64,000 nt of DNA from an uncultured bacterium (GCA_963813815.1 CAWFAD010000016.1:512001-576000), one strand, 5' to 3'. Shown: positions 37,713 to 47,430, counted from the first letter of the stretch. Made by a program: numbers and translations. The notes: generated from the letters alone by a model not told the origin.

Positions 37713-38013
37713 GTCTCGCGATCCGCGTGATGGCCCATGCGGCGAGCGCGGTCGCCCCGGCCCCGGCGAGCGCCGTGACGACGTAGGCGACGCCCTCCCG
37801 GCCGGCCCCTCCGTCGAGGCCGGGGACCGTGTAATCCTTGAACGGCGTCTCGGGGGCGGGAGAGGTTTCCGCCATGCCGCGCGGCGCGAATCCGACGCGC
37901 TCCCGCACTCCCTCGATATCCCACTCACCCCATGCTCCGCCCGCCGCGACGAGCCCGAGAGGAGCGAGCACGGCGAGGACCATGAGCGCCATCCAGCCGC
38001 GCCGGTATCTCAT
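37696..38013 (-). CDS. NikN/CbiN-like (PDGLE-type) small membrane component
   Basis: 'LAPLGLVAAGGAWGEW...PFKDYTVPG' with 2 TM segments, located between nikM and nikQO. Confidence 0.8.
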   Translation of the reverse strand: MRYRRGWMALMVLAVLAPLGLVAAGGAWGEWDIEGVRERVGFAPRGMAETSPAPETPFKDYTVPGLDGGAGREGVAYVVTALAGAGATALAAWAITRIARHGRIS

Positions 38014-38735
38014 GAGGCGCCTCCGCCGGCGGGCGCCGCCGGCTGCGGGGAGGACGTTCCCCGGGCGGCCTCGAAAAGCTCCGGATGATGGCGGCCGAGA
38101 AACGCGGCCACACCCCCCGTGATGGCCGCCTCGGCGGCCCCCGCGACGGTGAGGTGCGGAATCATCATCGCCGGCACGGTCACTCCGAGGGAAAAGGGGC
38201 AGAAGAGCGGCGTCCCGTCGGGAAGATGGTGGAGGAGCGGCTGCACGCCGAGCTCGAGCGCCGCGACGAGGGCCGCCGCGTTGATGCCCACGTAGCCGCC
38301 CGCGGCGGCGGCGATCGCGAATCGCCGCTCGGACGGCCGCGAGCCTCCCCGGAGCGCCCGGAACACCGCGTATCCCGCGAGCGGCATGATGCATCCCAGG
38401 TTCACGGCGTTCGCGCCGAGAGCGAGGATGCCGCCGTCGCCGAAGAAGAGGGCCTGGACGGCGAGCGCGATCGTCACCGCCGTGATCGCGGGCCACGGCC
38501 CGACGAGAATCGCGACGAGAACTCCGCCGGCCGCGTGCCCCGTCGTGCCTCCCGGGAGCGGGATGTTGAACATCATGATGAGAAACACGAAGGCCGCGAG
38601 CATCGCGACGAGGGGGGCGTGGCGCGATCCGAGGCGCTTCCTGATGGAGCGCAGCGAAGCCGCCCAGAGCGGCGCCGCGATCGCGTAGAGAGCCCCCGCC
38701 GTTTGCGGGGAGAGGTAGCCGTCGGGTATGTGCAC
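38010..38735 (-). CDS. cbiM: Ni/Co ECF substrate-binding component CbiM/NikM
   Basis: Diagnostic N-terminus 'MHIPDGYL', plus 'GGTTGHA' and 'FFGDGGI'. Confidence 0.93.
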   Translation of the reverse strand: MHIPDGYLSPQTAGALYAIAAPLWAASLRSIRKRLGSRHAPLVAMLAAFVFLIMMFNIPLPGGTTGHAAGGVLVAILVGPWPAITAVTIALAVQALFFGDGGILALGANAVNLGCIMPLAGYAVFRALRGGSRPSERRFAIAAAAGGYVGINAAALVAALELGVQPLLHHLPDGTPLFCPFSLGVTVPAMMIPHLTVAGAAEAAITGGVAAFLGRHHPELFEAARGTSSPQPAAPAGGGAS

Positions 38736-38754
38736 CGGCGCTCCTTTCCGGATC

Positions 38755-38782
38755 GTGCCATCATTTTGAAGAATCGTAGCAC
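38755..38782. promoter_or_regulatory. Candidate NikR operator
   Basis: Imperfect palindrome GTGCCAT-N14-GTAGCAC, 20 nt upstream of nikM and adjacent to a TTGACG-N18-CATAAT promoter on the minus strand. Confidence 0.65.
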
Positions 38783-38906
38783 AATTATGGGGCCCGCCGC
38801 CGCGCTTCGTCAAACGGTTTCTTCGCCGCGTCCCGCCGTGATATACTGCCGCTCGCGCGGCCGGCGGCCGGAGGGCGGAGTGGCCGGCGCGGGGGGGCGA
38901 TGCACG

Positions 38907-39611
38907 GTGGGCGATCGGCGATTCAAGAGAATTTACGAGCGGCTGCTCCGCGCCTACGGGCCGCGGCGATGGTGGCCCGTGACGCCCACGGGGGAGACGA
39001 TCCCCCGCTATACGGGAGGCCCGCGGAGCGAGCGCCAGCGTTTCGAGGTGGCGGTCGGCGCCGTGCTCACGCAAAACACGGCGTGGACGAACGCCGCGCG
39101 GGCGATCATTCACCTCAACCGCGTCGATGCGATGAGCCCCGCCGCGATCGCCGGCATGGACGAGAGCGATCTCGCGGGCGCGATCCGTCCCGCGGGGTAT
39201 TACAACCAGAAAGCGAAACGGCTCAAGATTCTCGCCGAATATTTTCTCTCGAAGCGGAGGCGCTCCCGCGCCTCGCTCCTCGCGCTCAACGGCGTCGGAC
39301 CCGAGACGGCCGATTCGATCTTGCTGTACGCCTGGAACAGGCCCGTTTTCGTCATCGACGCCTACACGCGCCGGATGTTCGGGCGTCTCGGCCTTCTTCG
39401 GGAAAATGCCTCCTATGACGAAGCGCAGGCGGCGTTCCAGGGGAATTTGCCCCACTTTCCCGCTCTGTACCGGGAATACCACGCGCTCATCGTCGAGCAC
39501 GGGAAACGCTGCTGCAAAAAGGCACCCGCGTGCAAAAAATGTCTTTTGCAAACGAATTGCGCCGTGTATCTTGGAAAAAAGGAGAAAACTATATGCGCGG
39601 AAAGCGGTTAG
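38907..39611 (+). CDS. HhH-GPD endonuclease III-related DNA glycosylase with Fe-S loop
   Basis: 'GAVLTQNTAWTNA', 'GVGPETADSILLY', 'IDAYT', 'CCKKAPACKKC.LQTNC'. Confidence 0.9.
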   Translation: MGDRRFKRIYERLLRAYGPRRWWPVTPTGETIPRYTGGPRSERQRFEVAVGAVLTQNTAWTNAARAIIHLNRVDAMSPAAIAGMDESDLAGAIRPAGYYNQKAKRLKILAEYFLSKRRRSRASLLALNGVGPETADSILLYAWNRPVFVIDAYTRRMFGRLGLLRENASYDEAQAAFQGNLPHFPALYREYHALIVEHGKRCCKKAPACKKCLLQTNCAVYLGKKEKTICAESG

Positions 39612-39655
39612 TTTGTTCAGGACGGTTCGCAAAATTCCCTGCCGGTGACTCCGCG

Positions 39656-39675
39656 CTTTATGGTACAATATAAAG
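39656..39675 (+). promoter_or_regulatory. Extended -10 promoter within an inverted repeat; candidate Fur/PerR autoregulatory site
   Basis: CTTTAT-N8-ATAAAG containing TGnTACAAT. Confidence 0.45.
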
Positions 39676-39751
39676 TGAAACGTTTCCTGTTTGCAGGGAC
39701 AACTCGCGGCTCTACTAGGGGAATTGCAGCTTTTTCTAGGGGGAAAGGCGA

Positions 39752-40168
39752 ATGATTTCATTCGAAGCGACCATTCAAAAGCTTCGCAGCGAAGGGTTCA
39801 AGCTGACGCCGCAGCGGCTCGCGGTCATCAGGTACATGCTGGGCAACAAGGAACACCCGTCCGCCCTCAAGATACACAAGGAGTTGCGTCGGAAGTATCC
39901 GACCCTTTCCTTTTCGACCGTTTACAACACCCTCGGCACGCTCGAAAAGATCGGCGAGGTTCAGTCGCTCCACATCTTCGACGATTTCCTCAACTACGAG
40001 CCCAACACGGACCCGCATCTCCACTTCCTGTGCCAAAAGTGCGGCGCCATTCACGATGTCTTCACCGAAGCGCACGTTGGGTTCCCCTTGCCGCTCGGCG
40101 ACATCGACGGGCACGAGGTCACCAAGTGCAGTGTCGTTCTCGGCGGCGTTTGCAAGTTCTGCAGATAG
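39752..40168 (+). CDS. Fur/PerR-family transcriptional regulator
   Basis: 'KLTPQRLAV', 'HPSA', 'STVYNTL', 'HLHFLCQKC', 'GVCKFC'. Confidence 0.92.
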   Translation: MISFEATIQKLRSEGFKLTPQRLAVIRYMLGNKEHPSALKIHKELRRKYPTLSFSTVYNTLGTLEKIGEVQSLHIFDDFLNYEPNTDPHLHFLCQKCGAIHDVFTEAHVGFPLPLGDIDGHEVTKCSVVLGGVCKFCR

Positions 40169-40188
40169 ATCGATAGGGAGGAGAAGGC

Positions 40189-40809
40189 TTGATCGCACAG
40201 AGCTGGAAGTGCTCCTCGTGCGGGTTCGTCGCCATCGGCTTGTTTCCGCCGGAATCCTGCCCCAAGTGCCATGCGGCCCGGGACGCCTTCATCACGGAGC
40301 ACGAGTTTCTTTTCCCGAAGGAGGAGACCTCCGCCGTCATCAAGGCGTGCTGGAAGGTGAGCTACGGCCTCTATATCGTCACCTCCGTGCAGGGCGAACG
40401 CATGAACGGCCAGGTCTGCAACACGCTCTTCCAGATCACGAGCGATCCGCCGCGTTTCGCGATCGGCATCAATCACCGCAATCTGACGCACGAGTTCATC
40501 GCGGGGAGCGAGGTTTTCGCCGCATCCATCCTCGGCGCCGGCGACCATCGCCTCGTCCGCCGCTTCGGCTACCGCTCGGGACGCGACTTCGACAAGCTGA
40601 AAGGCGTGGCGGCGCGGCTCGGGAGAACGGGATGTCCGGTCCTCGAGGAGTCGATCGGCTTCGTCGAGTGCAAGGTGCTCCCCGACAAGACGATCGACGC
40701 GGGAACGCACAGCATCTTCGTTGGCGAGGTCGTCGGCGGCGGCATCCTCAAGGACGGCGAGCCGATGACGTACGCCCACTATCACGCCACCAAGGATTCC
40801 GCTCAATAA
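40189..40809 (+). CDS. N-terminal rubredoxin-like domain fused to a flavin reductase-like domain
   Basis: 'WKCSSCG...CPKC', then 'SYGLYIVTS...NGQVCNT..QITSDPP...GTHSIFVGEV...PMTYAHYH'. Confidence 0.85.
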   Translation: MIAQSWKCSSCGFVAIGLFPPESCPKCHAARDAFITEHEFLFPKEETSAVIKACWKVSYGLYIVTSVQGERMNGQVCNTLFQITSDPPRFAIGINHRNLTHEFIAGSEVFAASILGAGDHRLVRRFGYRSGRDFDKLKGVAARLGRTGCPVLEESIGFVECKVLPDKTIDAGTHSIFVGEVVGGGILKDGEPMTYAHYHATKDSAQ

Positions 40810-40846
40810 TTTCGAGAGATATTTCGCCCCAGCGAAAGGAGCTCGA

Positions 40847-41341
40847 ATGACGACGGAGCAGAATGAAAACTTCATGGGGGTGCTCGCGGGCGCGATCTGC
40901 AGGGAGATCGGCGCGCGGGACTTCTACCGCCGCATCTCGGCCGAGATCAAGAACCGCGAGGGGAAGGACCGATTCAAAAGGCTCTCGGGGGACGAGGAGG
41001 GCCACCGCAAGAAGCTCGAGTCGTGGTACGAGAAGCTCTTCGGCAAACGGTTCGCGTCCGATCCGAAGATGCTCGAGGCCGCCGAGATCACGGGCGTCAA
41101 GGTGAGCAAGCAAACGGGCGCCATGGCGGCGCTCGATCTCGCCATCAAGGCGGAGGCCGCGGCCGAGGAGTTTTACGCGAAGCAGGCGGAGGCCGTTTCC
41201 GCGCCGGCGCTGAAGGATCTCTTCACGAAGCTGTCCGCCGAGGAGCACGGCCACTACGAGCTGCTCACGGCGGAGCGGAACGAGCTCGCCGGCGGCTTCT
41301 ACTGGTTCGACATGGATTCGACGTCGTTTCTCGAGGATTGA
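40847..41341 (+). CDS. Rubrerythrin/ferritin-like diiron protein
   Basis: Duplicated E..FY and EExH motifs ('DEEGH', 'EEHGH'). Confidence 0.85.
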   Translation: MTTEQNENFMGVLAGAICREIGARDFYRRISAEIKNREGKDRFKRLSGDEEGHRKKLESWYEKLFGKRFASDPKMLEAAEITGVKVSKQTGAMAALDLAIKAEAAAEEFYAKQAEAVSAPALKDLFTKLSAEEHGHYELLTAERNELAGGFYWFDMDSTSFLED

Positions 41342-41396
41342 GGGGCGGCGGCGGCCGCGCGGCCCCGGCGGGCCGGCCCCGTTCGAGGAGGATCGC

Positions 41397-41519
41397 ATGA
41401 AAAAGAAATGGAAATGCACCCTCTGCGGGTATATTCACACGGGGGAGACGCCCCCCGACAAATGCCCGGTGTGCGGAGCGGGCCCCGACAAGTTCATTCC
41501 GTACGATCCGCGCCGCTAG
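41397..41519 (+). CDS. 40-aa stand-alone short rubredoxin-like protein
   Basis: [50 protein letters not shown]; not in the ORF track. Confidence 0.88.
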   Translation: MKKKWKCTLCGYIHTGETPPDKCPVCGAGPDKFIPYDPRR

Positions 41520-41553
41520 CGCGGCCGGAAGCGCACCGAAAGGAGAGCCGGTC

Positions 41554-41715
41554 ATGGAAAAATGGCAGTGCACGATCTGCAACTATATCTACGACCCCGC
41601 GAAGGGCGACCGCGAGAACGGCGTCAAGCCGGGGACTCCGTGGGAAGAGCTTCCCGACGATTGGGTATGCCCCGACTGCGGCGCGCCGAAAAGCGAATTC
41701 GAGAAGCTCGATTGA
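41554..41715 (+). CDS. rub: Rubredoxin, 53 aa
   Basis: [28 protein letters not shown]...[21 protein letters not shown]; not in the ORF track. Confidence 0.95.
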   Translation: MEKWQCTICNYIYDPAKGDRENGVKPGTPWEELPDDWVCPDCGAPKSEFEKLD

Positions 41716-41729
41716 GAGGTGAAGAGACG

Positions 41730-42224
41730 ATGCCGATCAATTTCAGCGCCGACGAAGTGTTCGAAATGGGGATGGATATCGAGCGCAACGGCGAGGCGTA
41801 TTACCGCAAGGCCGCCGAGCTCTCGAAGGACGCGCGGATCAAGGCGGTGTTCGCCGATCTCATGCAGCAGGAGGGGATCCACTACACCGTTTTCAAGGGG
41901 CTTCGCGAGAACCTCCCGCCGCGAGCGACGCTGCCGACGGTCGCCGATCCCGAGAGCGAGGAGTATCTCTATCTCGACGCTCTCGTGAAATCGCGCCTCT
42001 TCACGAGCGTGCGCGAGGCGGAGGCGGTCGCGGCGGGCGTGAAAAGCGCGATCGAGGCGCTTCGGGCGGCGCTCGTTTTCGAGAAGGATACGGTGCTTTT
42101 CTTTCAGTCGATGAAATCGATGACCGACGAGCGGCTCGGCAAGGGCGAGATCGACCGGCTCATCGAGGAGGAGTACCGGCACATCGTCCGGATCTCGAAC
42201 CTGATCAAGGAGCACGGGGGCTGA
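41730..42224 (+). CDS. Rubrerythrin/ferritin-like protein
   Basis: 'FSADEVFEMGMDIERNG..YY', 'EGIH', 'FEKDTVLFF', 'EEEYRH'. Confidence 0.85.
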   Translation: MPINFSADEVFEMGMDIERNGEAYYRKAAELSKDARIKAVFADLMQQEGIHYTVFKGLRENLPPRATLPTVADPESEEYLYLDALVKSRLFTSVREAEAVAAGVKSAIEALRAALVFEKDTVLFFQSMKSMTDERLGKGEIDRLIEEEYRHIVRISNLIKEHGG

Positions 42225-42238
42225 ACTCTCGCGTCGGG

Positions 42239-43830
42239 ATGAACGGCGGCGGCCCGGCCCCTTCCGTCCGGGGCCGCGCGGAGCTCATAACGGCGCTCGC
42301 CATCGCCGGGGGCGCCTTTCTGTTTCGTCTCCTGTTCCTCGGGGCGCGTCTCACGCTCCAAGGAGACGAGATACACTACGCCGAATCGCTCTTCCGGTTT
42401 CTCCATGGCCGGTTTCTCGAGGGCGTTTCGGATTACTGGTCGTTCTTCTATCCCCTCGCGGGGATCCCGTTCGGGATGCTGGCGGGGGACGCCGAGACGG
42501 GGCTTCGGGTCCTCTCGATCGCGGCCGGGGCGGCCGCGGTTCTGCCCGCGATGGCCCTCGCGCGGCGAATCGCCGGGGGGCGCGCCGCCGTCTTCGCCGG
42601 GATCCTCGTCGCCCTGCATCCGATTCTCATCGAATTTTCGACGACGGCCGCGACGGAGCCGCTCTTCTCGCTGCTGCTCCTCCTTTCGCTCGCCGTCTTC
42701 CTGCGGGGGCTCGACGGGGGGAGGGTGGGGTTCTTCGCCGCCGCGGGCGCGCTCATCGGCCTCGCGTATCTCACGCGCCCCGAGGCGCAGATCTTTCTCG
42801 TGATCCTCGCCGGGGCCGCGCTCGCCGTCCGGCCCGGGGGGCCTCGGGCGCGACAGCGGCGGGGCGCGTTTTGCGCGCCGCCGCCCTCACGGCCGCCTTC
42901 GCCGCGGTCTCGATCCCCCATATTTTGCTGCTTCGCGAGGCGACAGGGGAGTGGACCGCCGGATCGAAGGCCGCCGTCAACCTGAGCTCGCCCGTGATCT
43001 GGGAAGATACGCTCGAACGCGAGCGCTTCGTGTACAGCCTCGACGAGAGCGGCTCCGAGCGGCTCATCGAGACGGCCGGGCGCGAGAGCGCGCTCTCCGT
43101 CCTGTGGCGGGAGAAAGGACGCATCGCGGCGGATTATTTTCCGAAGATGGGCGCGGGGTTCGGTCTCCTTCCCATGCTTCTCTCGAGCCCAGTGCTCGCG
43201 CTCCTCATTCCGCTCGGGCTCTTCGCACGGGGCCGTCCGCGCGGCGGCGCGGCGCGGTGGCTGCTCGCCGCGGCCGGCGCCTTCCCGTTCGCCTTCTACT
43301 CGATCTTCCGCGTCGAGCTGAGGTATCTCGTGCCCTACCTCCCCGTCTACCTCGTCTGGGCCGGAATCGGATGTGGAGTGCTCGCCGGCTGGATCGGCGA
43401 GCTCGCGGGGCCGAGGCGCTGGATCCCCCGGACGGCGGTCGTGCTCGTGTTCGCGAGCCTCGTCCCCTTCGCCTTCAGCAAGTACGGTCTGACGCTGAAA
43501 TCGCAGCGCGTCGAATGGCGCGAGATCGGCGCGTGGATTCGCGAGCGGGGGGACGGGTCGCCGGTCCTCGCCCACTCGGGTTGTCCGGTCAGCTACTACG
43601 CGGGGGATCCCGGGGCGACGTTCATTCCGTGGACCGACGGGGCGGGGCTCGTTCGGTTCGCGAGGCTGCGCGGCTTTCGCTACGTCCTGATCGACGAGGG
43701 TTACATCCGGTCCTTCCGCCCGACCCTCGAACCGATCCTCGAATCCCCGCCGCCGGAGCTCGAGGCGTTGCGGACCTTTGACGCCGGATCGGGCCGGGTG
43801 ATTCTCTACCGTCTCTCGGGAGGCTCGTAG
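42239..43830 (+). pseudogene. GT-C (ArnT/PMT-like) membrane glycosyltransferase, frameshifted at a G6 run (42836-42841); possibly a sequencing error
   Basis: 'GDEIHY', 'TEPLF', 'YLTRPE' lie in one frame; 'RYLVPYLP' and the C-terminal domain lie in another. One extra G restores a single ORF. Confidence 0.75.
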
Positions 43831-44107
43831 AGGCTTCGTTCGATTTCCCGGCGCAACCGATGCTTCCCTTCCATTTCCCGTCGCTCCTCATTCATCCTCG
43901 TTCGTCCCGCGTATTGTGAACGGTTCTTGCTCGTTTCGGCGGCAGGTGGGATGGAATATGCATCTTCGTAACGGCTTAATTGCTACAATGATAATTGGTT
44001 GCGGCGACATTTGCCGCGCCGCGGCGGGGCGGGACCCGAGTCGCGGCATGGCGCAAAAGCGGCCAATTCGGGCCCCGCAGCCCGATTCGGCTCGATAAAG
44101 GTGCCAC

Positions 44108-45436
44108 ATGGCGCGCGGAGATGCCGAAATCAAAAAGAATACCGGCGAGCCGCGGCGGGTCGAGGAGCGTGTCGAGGATCGGGCTCTCGCCCTCGACGCG
44201 CTCGCTCGTCTCGCCGGCGCTCTCTCATCGATTTCTTCGACGCGTGAGGCGGCCGACGCCGTGTGCTCCACGCTCGCGGAGAGCTTCGGCGCGCCGCGCT
44301 CGGCGCTCTATCTTCGCAATCGGGACGGCGGCGCCCTTCTCCCGATTCGCTCGATCGGCGGAGAAAAGGGCGGCGATCCTCCGGCCCTTCGGATGGACAG
44401 CGGTTTCGTCCGCTGGATGGCGGACCTCGACGGGCCTCTCCATCTCGACGAGTATTTCTCGTCGGCGGGAGGGTCGGCGGCCGACGACGAGGAAGCGCTG
44501 CGCGCCTTCGTCGACGCCGGTCTCTCGCGGGTCGATCGCGCTGAAGCACGAACGCTCGCTCATCGGCTTGCTCGTCCACGGATCGCCGGCGTCGAAGGAC
44601 GGCGCCGTTCGGTTCGACGACGATCTCCTCCGCCTCTTCGCCCGCCTGGCGTCGGCCGCCCTGACCGGCGCTCTTCGGGAGGAAGCGTCCGCCGGGGCCG
44701 AGCGGGTCCGGGAGCGCTGCGCTCGGGAGAGGAATGATCTCTCGCACGCGCTTTCCGAGGATCTCCGGGCCGCGCTCTCCGTCGCCACATCGACCGTATC
44801 TTCGCTCGAGCCGCACGAGATCGACGAGCGCATGCTGGTCGGGCTCGCGAGAAGCGCCCTCGCGGATCTCGCTGGCGCCGTCGAGCGCTGGACCGTCATG
44901 CACGATCTCGATGGAGCGGAAAGGTTCGATCGCCCTCGTCGAGGCCAGAGGTCTCGTCGACGACGCGCTGAGAGGCATGCTGCCCGAGCTCGAGGAGAAG
45001 GAGCTGCACGTTTCCATCGACGACGGCTCCGGTCTCCGCGAGCTGCCGCTCGACGAGCGCAGGTTCCCGGTGGCGCTCCGGCGCCATGCTCGAGGCGGCC
45101 GTCGCGGGCTCGAGCCGCGGGGCGGAGATCTCGATTTCGATCCGCGTATCGCCGGGAATTCCGGGCGGGGAAGCGGGGACTGCCGCGGGAGGACGGGGAA
45201 CGGAGCATCTCGTCATCGCCGTGGCCGTCGAGAACGGGGCTGGCTCGGCGCCGCGGATAGCCTTCGCCGACGGCGACGATCGCGATACGGTCTCGTGCCT
45301 CGCGCCGGGAGATCGCCGCTCGATCAATCTCGCCATCGCGAAGCGCCTCATCGCCGACCTGGGGGGGACGTTTCGCGATAGCGGCGACGGGGGCGGCGGA
45401 AGAACCATCGAAGCGCGTTTTCCGATCGATTCGTAA
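44108..45436 (+). pseudogene. GAF + degenerate histidine-kinase-like gene with three frameshifts
   Basis: Protein-like sequence switches frame near 44533, 44925 and 45080 (GAF, then HisKA-like helices, then HATPase-like 'NLAIAKRLIADLGG'). Confidence 0.65.
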
Positions 45437-45461
45437 TTTCAGGGGAAGGGCCGGGGTGCAG

Positions 45462-45490
45462 CCGGGCGGCCCGCTGGGCGGGCCGCCCGG
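45462..45490. terminator. 13-bp GC hairpin between convergent genes
   Basis: CCGGGCGGCCCGC-TGG-GCGGGCCGCCCGG. Confidence 0.6.
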
Positions 45491-45503
45491 AGCGTTTTCA
45501 AAG

Positions 45504-46124
45504 CTACTTCGCCGACTTCGGTTCGCCGGACGGAGCGCCGATGCGGGTAACGGACTCGATGATGATGGGCTTTTCGGGAACGTCCTTCATGCCGGCCTTG
45601 ATCGTCGTCTTGGCCGCGGCGATCTTCGCCACGACGTCCATTCCCTCGACGACCTTGGCGAACACCGCGTAGCCGTATCCCGGAGAGGTCACGTCGCGGT
45701 GATCGAGCGCCGCGTTATCCTTGAGATTGACGAAAAACTGGCTCGTGGCGCTGTTGACTTCGGAGGTGCGGGCCATCGAGAGAGTGCCCTTGAGGTTCTT
45801 GAGGCCGTTCGTGGCTTCGTTCTTGATCGCCGGGAGGGTGGCCTTCTTCATTATGTCCTTGTCGAATCCGCCGCCCTGGATGACGAAGCCCGGGACGATA
45901 CGGTGAAAGGTCGTGCCCTCGTAGAACTTCTTGTCGACGTAGTTGAGGAAATTCTGGACCGTGATGGGCGCTTCCTTCTCGAAAAGCTCGATCTTGATGC
46001 TTCCCACATTCGTTTTCATGAGGACCATCGGGTTACCTGCCTTTTCCTGCGCCGCGATCCCCCCCGCGAGAGAAACCGCGAAAGCGAGAGCCGCGAGAAG
46101 GACGATCGACTTCGAGAGATTCAT
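45504..46124 (-). CDS. ppiA: Periplasmic cyclophilin-type peptidyl-prolyl isomerase
   Basis: Signal peptide, 'FHRIVPGFVIQGGG', 'SMART...SATSQFFVN'. Confidence 0.9.
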   Translation of the reverse strand: MNLSKSIVLLAALAFAVSLAGGIAAQEKAGNPMVLMKTNVGSIKIELFEKEAPITVQNFLNYVDKKFYEGTTFHRIVPGFVIQGGGFDKDIMKKATLPAIKNEATNGLKNLKGTLSMARTSEVNSATSQFFVNLKDNAALDHRDVTSPGYGYAVFAKVVEGMDVVAKIAAAKTTIKAGMKDVPEKPIIIESVTRIGAPSGEPKSAK

Positions 46125-46413
46125 GGTGCACCTCCGTCTTTGAGAATCGCCTCGATCCGCCACAGTAACCGGTAATATATGGTCCAAGGGGGCTCCGCGA
46201 AAAGGGGAAAAAGGCCCAGGAACGCGCCTCGTCGCGCGCGGCATCGCTATAACACGTTATAATAATTCAAGATAGCCGACGCGCCGCCGCGCGGCGGAGC
46301 CCTTCGGAAAGTCGGGCGCGGGATGCACATTTTCCTTCTTTGAATTTTGCCGCCTCTGGTAAGATGCGCGCATGGGGGTCCGCTAATCACTTGTAGCTGA
46401 AAAAGGAAGCGTT

Positions 46414-47298
46414 ATGCCCAAAGAGCTCAAGTACGATCATGTGGACGTATTCACCGACAAGCCCCTCGGTGGAAATCAGCTCGCCGTCTTCCATTCTCCC
46501 GGAACGCTCAACGCGAATCAGATGCAGGCGCTCGCGCGAGAGATCAACTTCTCCGAGACGACGTTCCTGTTTCCCACGAGGGTCTCCGGCGCCGACGCGA
46601 AGGTGCGCATCTTCACGCCGGCGGAGGAGCTGCCGTTCGCCGGGCATCCCACGCTCGGCTCGGCCTACGTCATGGCTTCCCGTTCGAGGAAGAAGCCGAA
46701 GGCGCTCGTCCTCGAGCTCGGCGTCGGGAAGATCGCGGTTGATATCGAATGGCGGGGCGCGAAGATGCACTCGCTCACGATGCACCAGCCACTCCCCGTG
46801 TTCGGATCGGCGCTGCAGAACCGGGAGCAGGCCGCGCGCGCCCTCGGCGTGTCGGTCGACCAGATACTCGGGGGCGGAGTCGTCTCGAACGGCCTCGACT
46901 TTCTCATCGTCGAGGCGACCTCTCTCGCGACCGTCGCGAACGCGCGGTGCAACATCGAGGACGCCGTCAGGGTCATCAAGCGCCACAACGTGCACGCGAT
47001 CTACGTCTTCGTCCGGCTCGAAGGAAAAGGGCCGAACGTGCACGCGCGCTTTTTCGCCCCGACGCTCGCGGTCGTCGAGGATCCGGCCACCGGCTCGGCG
47101 GCGGGAGCGCTCGGCGGCTATCTCGCGCGCATTCTCAAGTTTCCGATGCGGCTCCACCTCGTGATCGAGCAGGGGGGCGAGATAGGCCGCCCGAGCCTCA
47201 TCACGGTGGACGTCAACTCGGAGCGGGGGACGATCGAAGAGGTGACCGTCACGGGCAAGGTCGTGCCCGTCGGAGATGGGATCATCAGACTGCGATAG
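46414..47298 (+). CDS. PhzF-family isomerase/epimerase
   Basis: 'VDVFT..GGNQLAV', 'NFSETTF', 'ELPFAGHPTLG', 'EDPATGSA'. Confidence 0.93.
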   Translation: MPKELKYDHVDVFTDKPLGGNQLAVFHSPGTLNANQMQALAREINFSETTFLFPTRVSGADAKVRIFTPAEELPFAGHPTLGSAYVMASRSRKKPKALVLELGVGKIAVDIEWRGAKMHSLTMHQPLPVFGSALQNREQAARALGVSVDQILGGGVVSNGLDFLIVEATSLATVANARCNIEDAVRVIKRHNVHAIYVFVRLEGKGPNVHARFFAPTLAVVEDPATGSAAGALGGYLARILKFPMRLHLVIEQGGEIGRPSLITVDVNSERGTIEEVTVTGKVVPVGDGIIRLR

Positions 47299-47348
47299 CC
47301 GCGTTTTCTTTCTTCCGCGCGGCGACCCCGCCGTGGTATAATGAGCGC

Positions 47349-47430
47349 GCCCGAAATCTTGAACCGGAGAAAGTTCTGACGAAGGCGGACCGCGTGACCC
47401 CTTCATCGGATCCTTTTTCCGGTTCTTTCA
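47349..47430 (+). ncRNA. Candidate small structured RNA
   Basis: Perfect extended -10 TGGTATAAT (47334-47342) followed by a long imperfect hairpin, in a convergent intergenic gap with no downstream plus-strand gene. Confidence 0.35.

Noticed and set aside
46414..47298. Phenazine biosynthesis
   Set aside because: A lone PhzF-family gene with no other phz genes.
47341..47379. 12-codon ORF MSAPEILNRRKF
   Set aside because: The ATG overlaps the -10 element and has no RBS.
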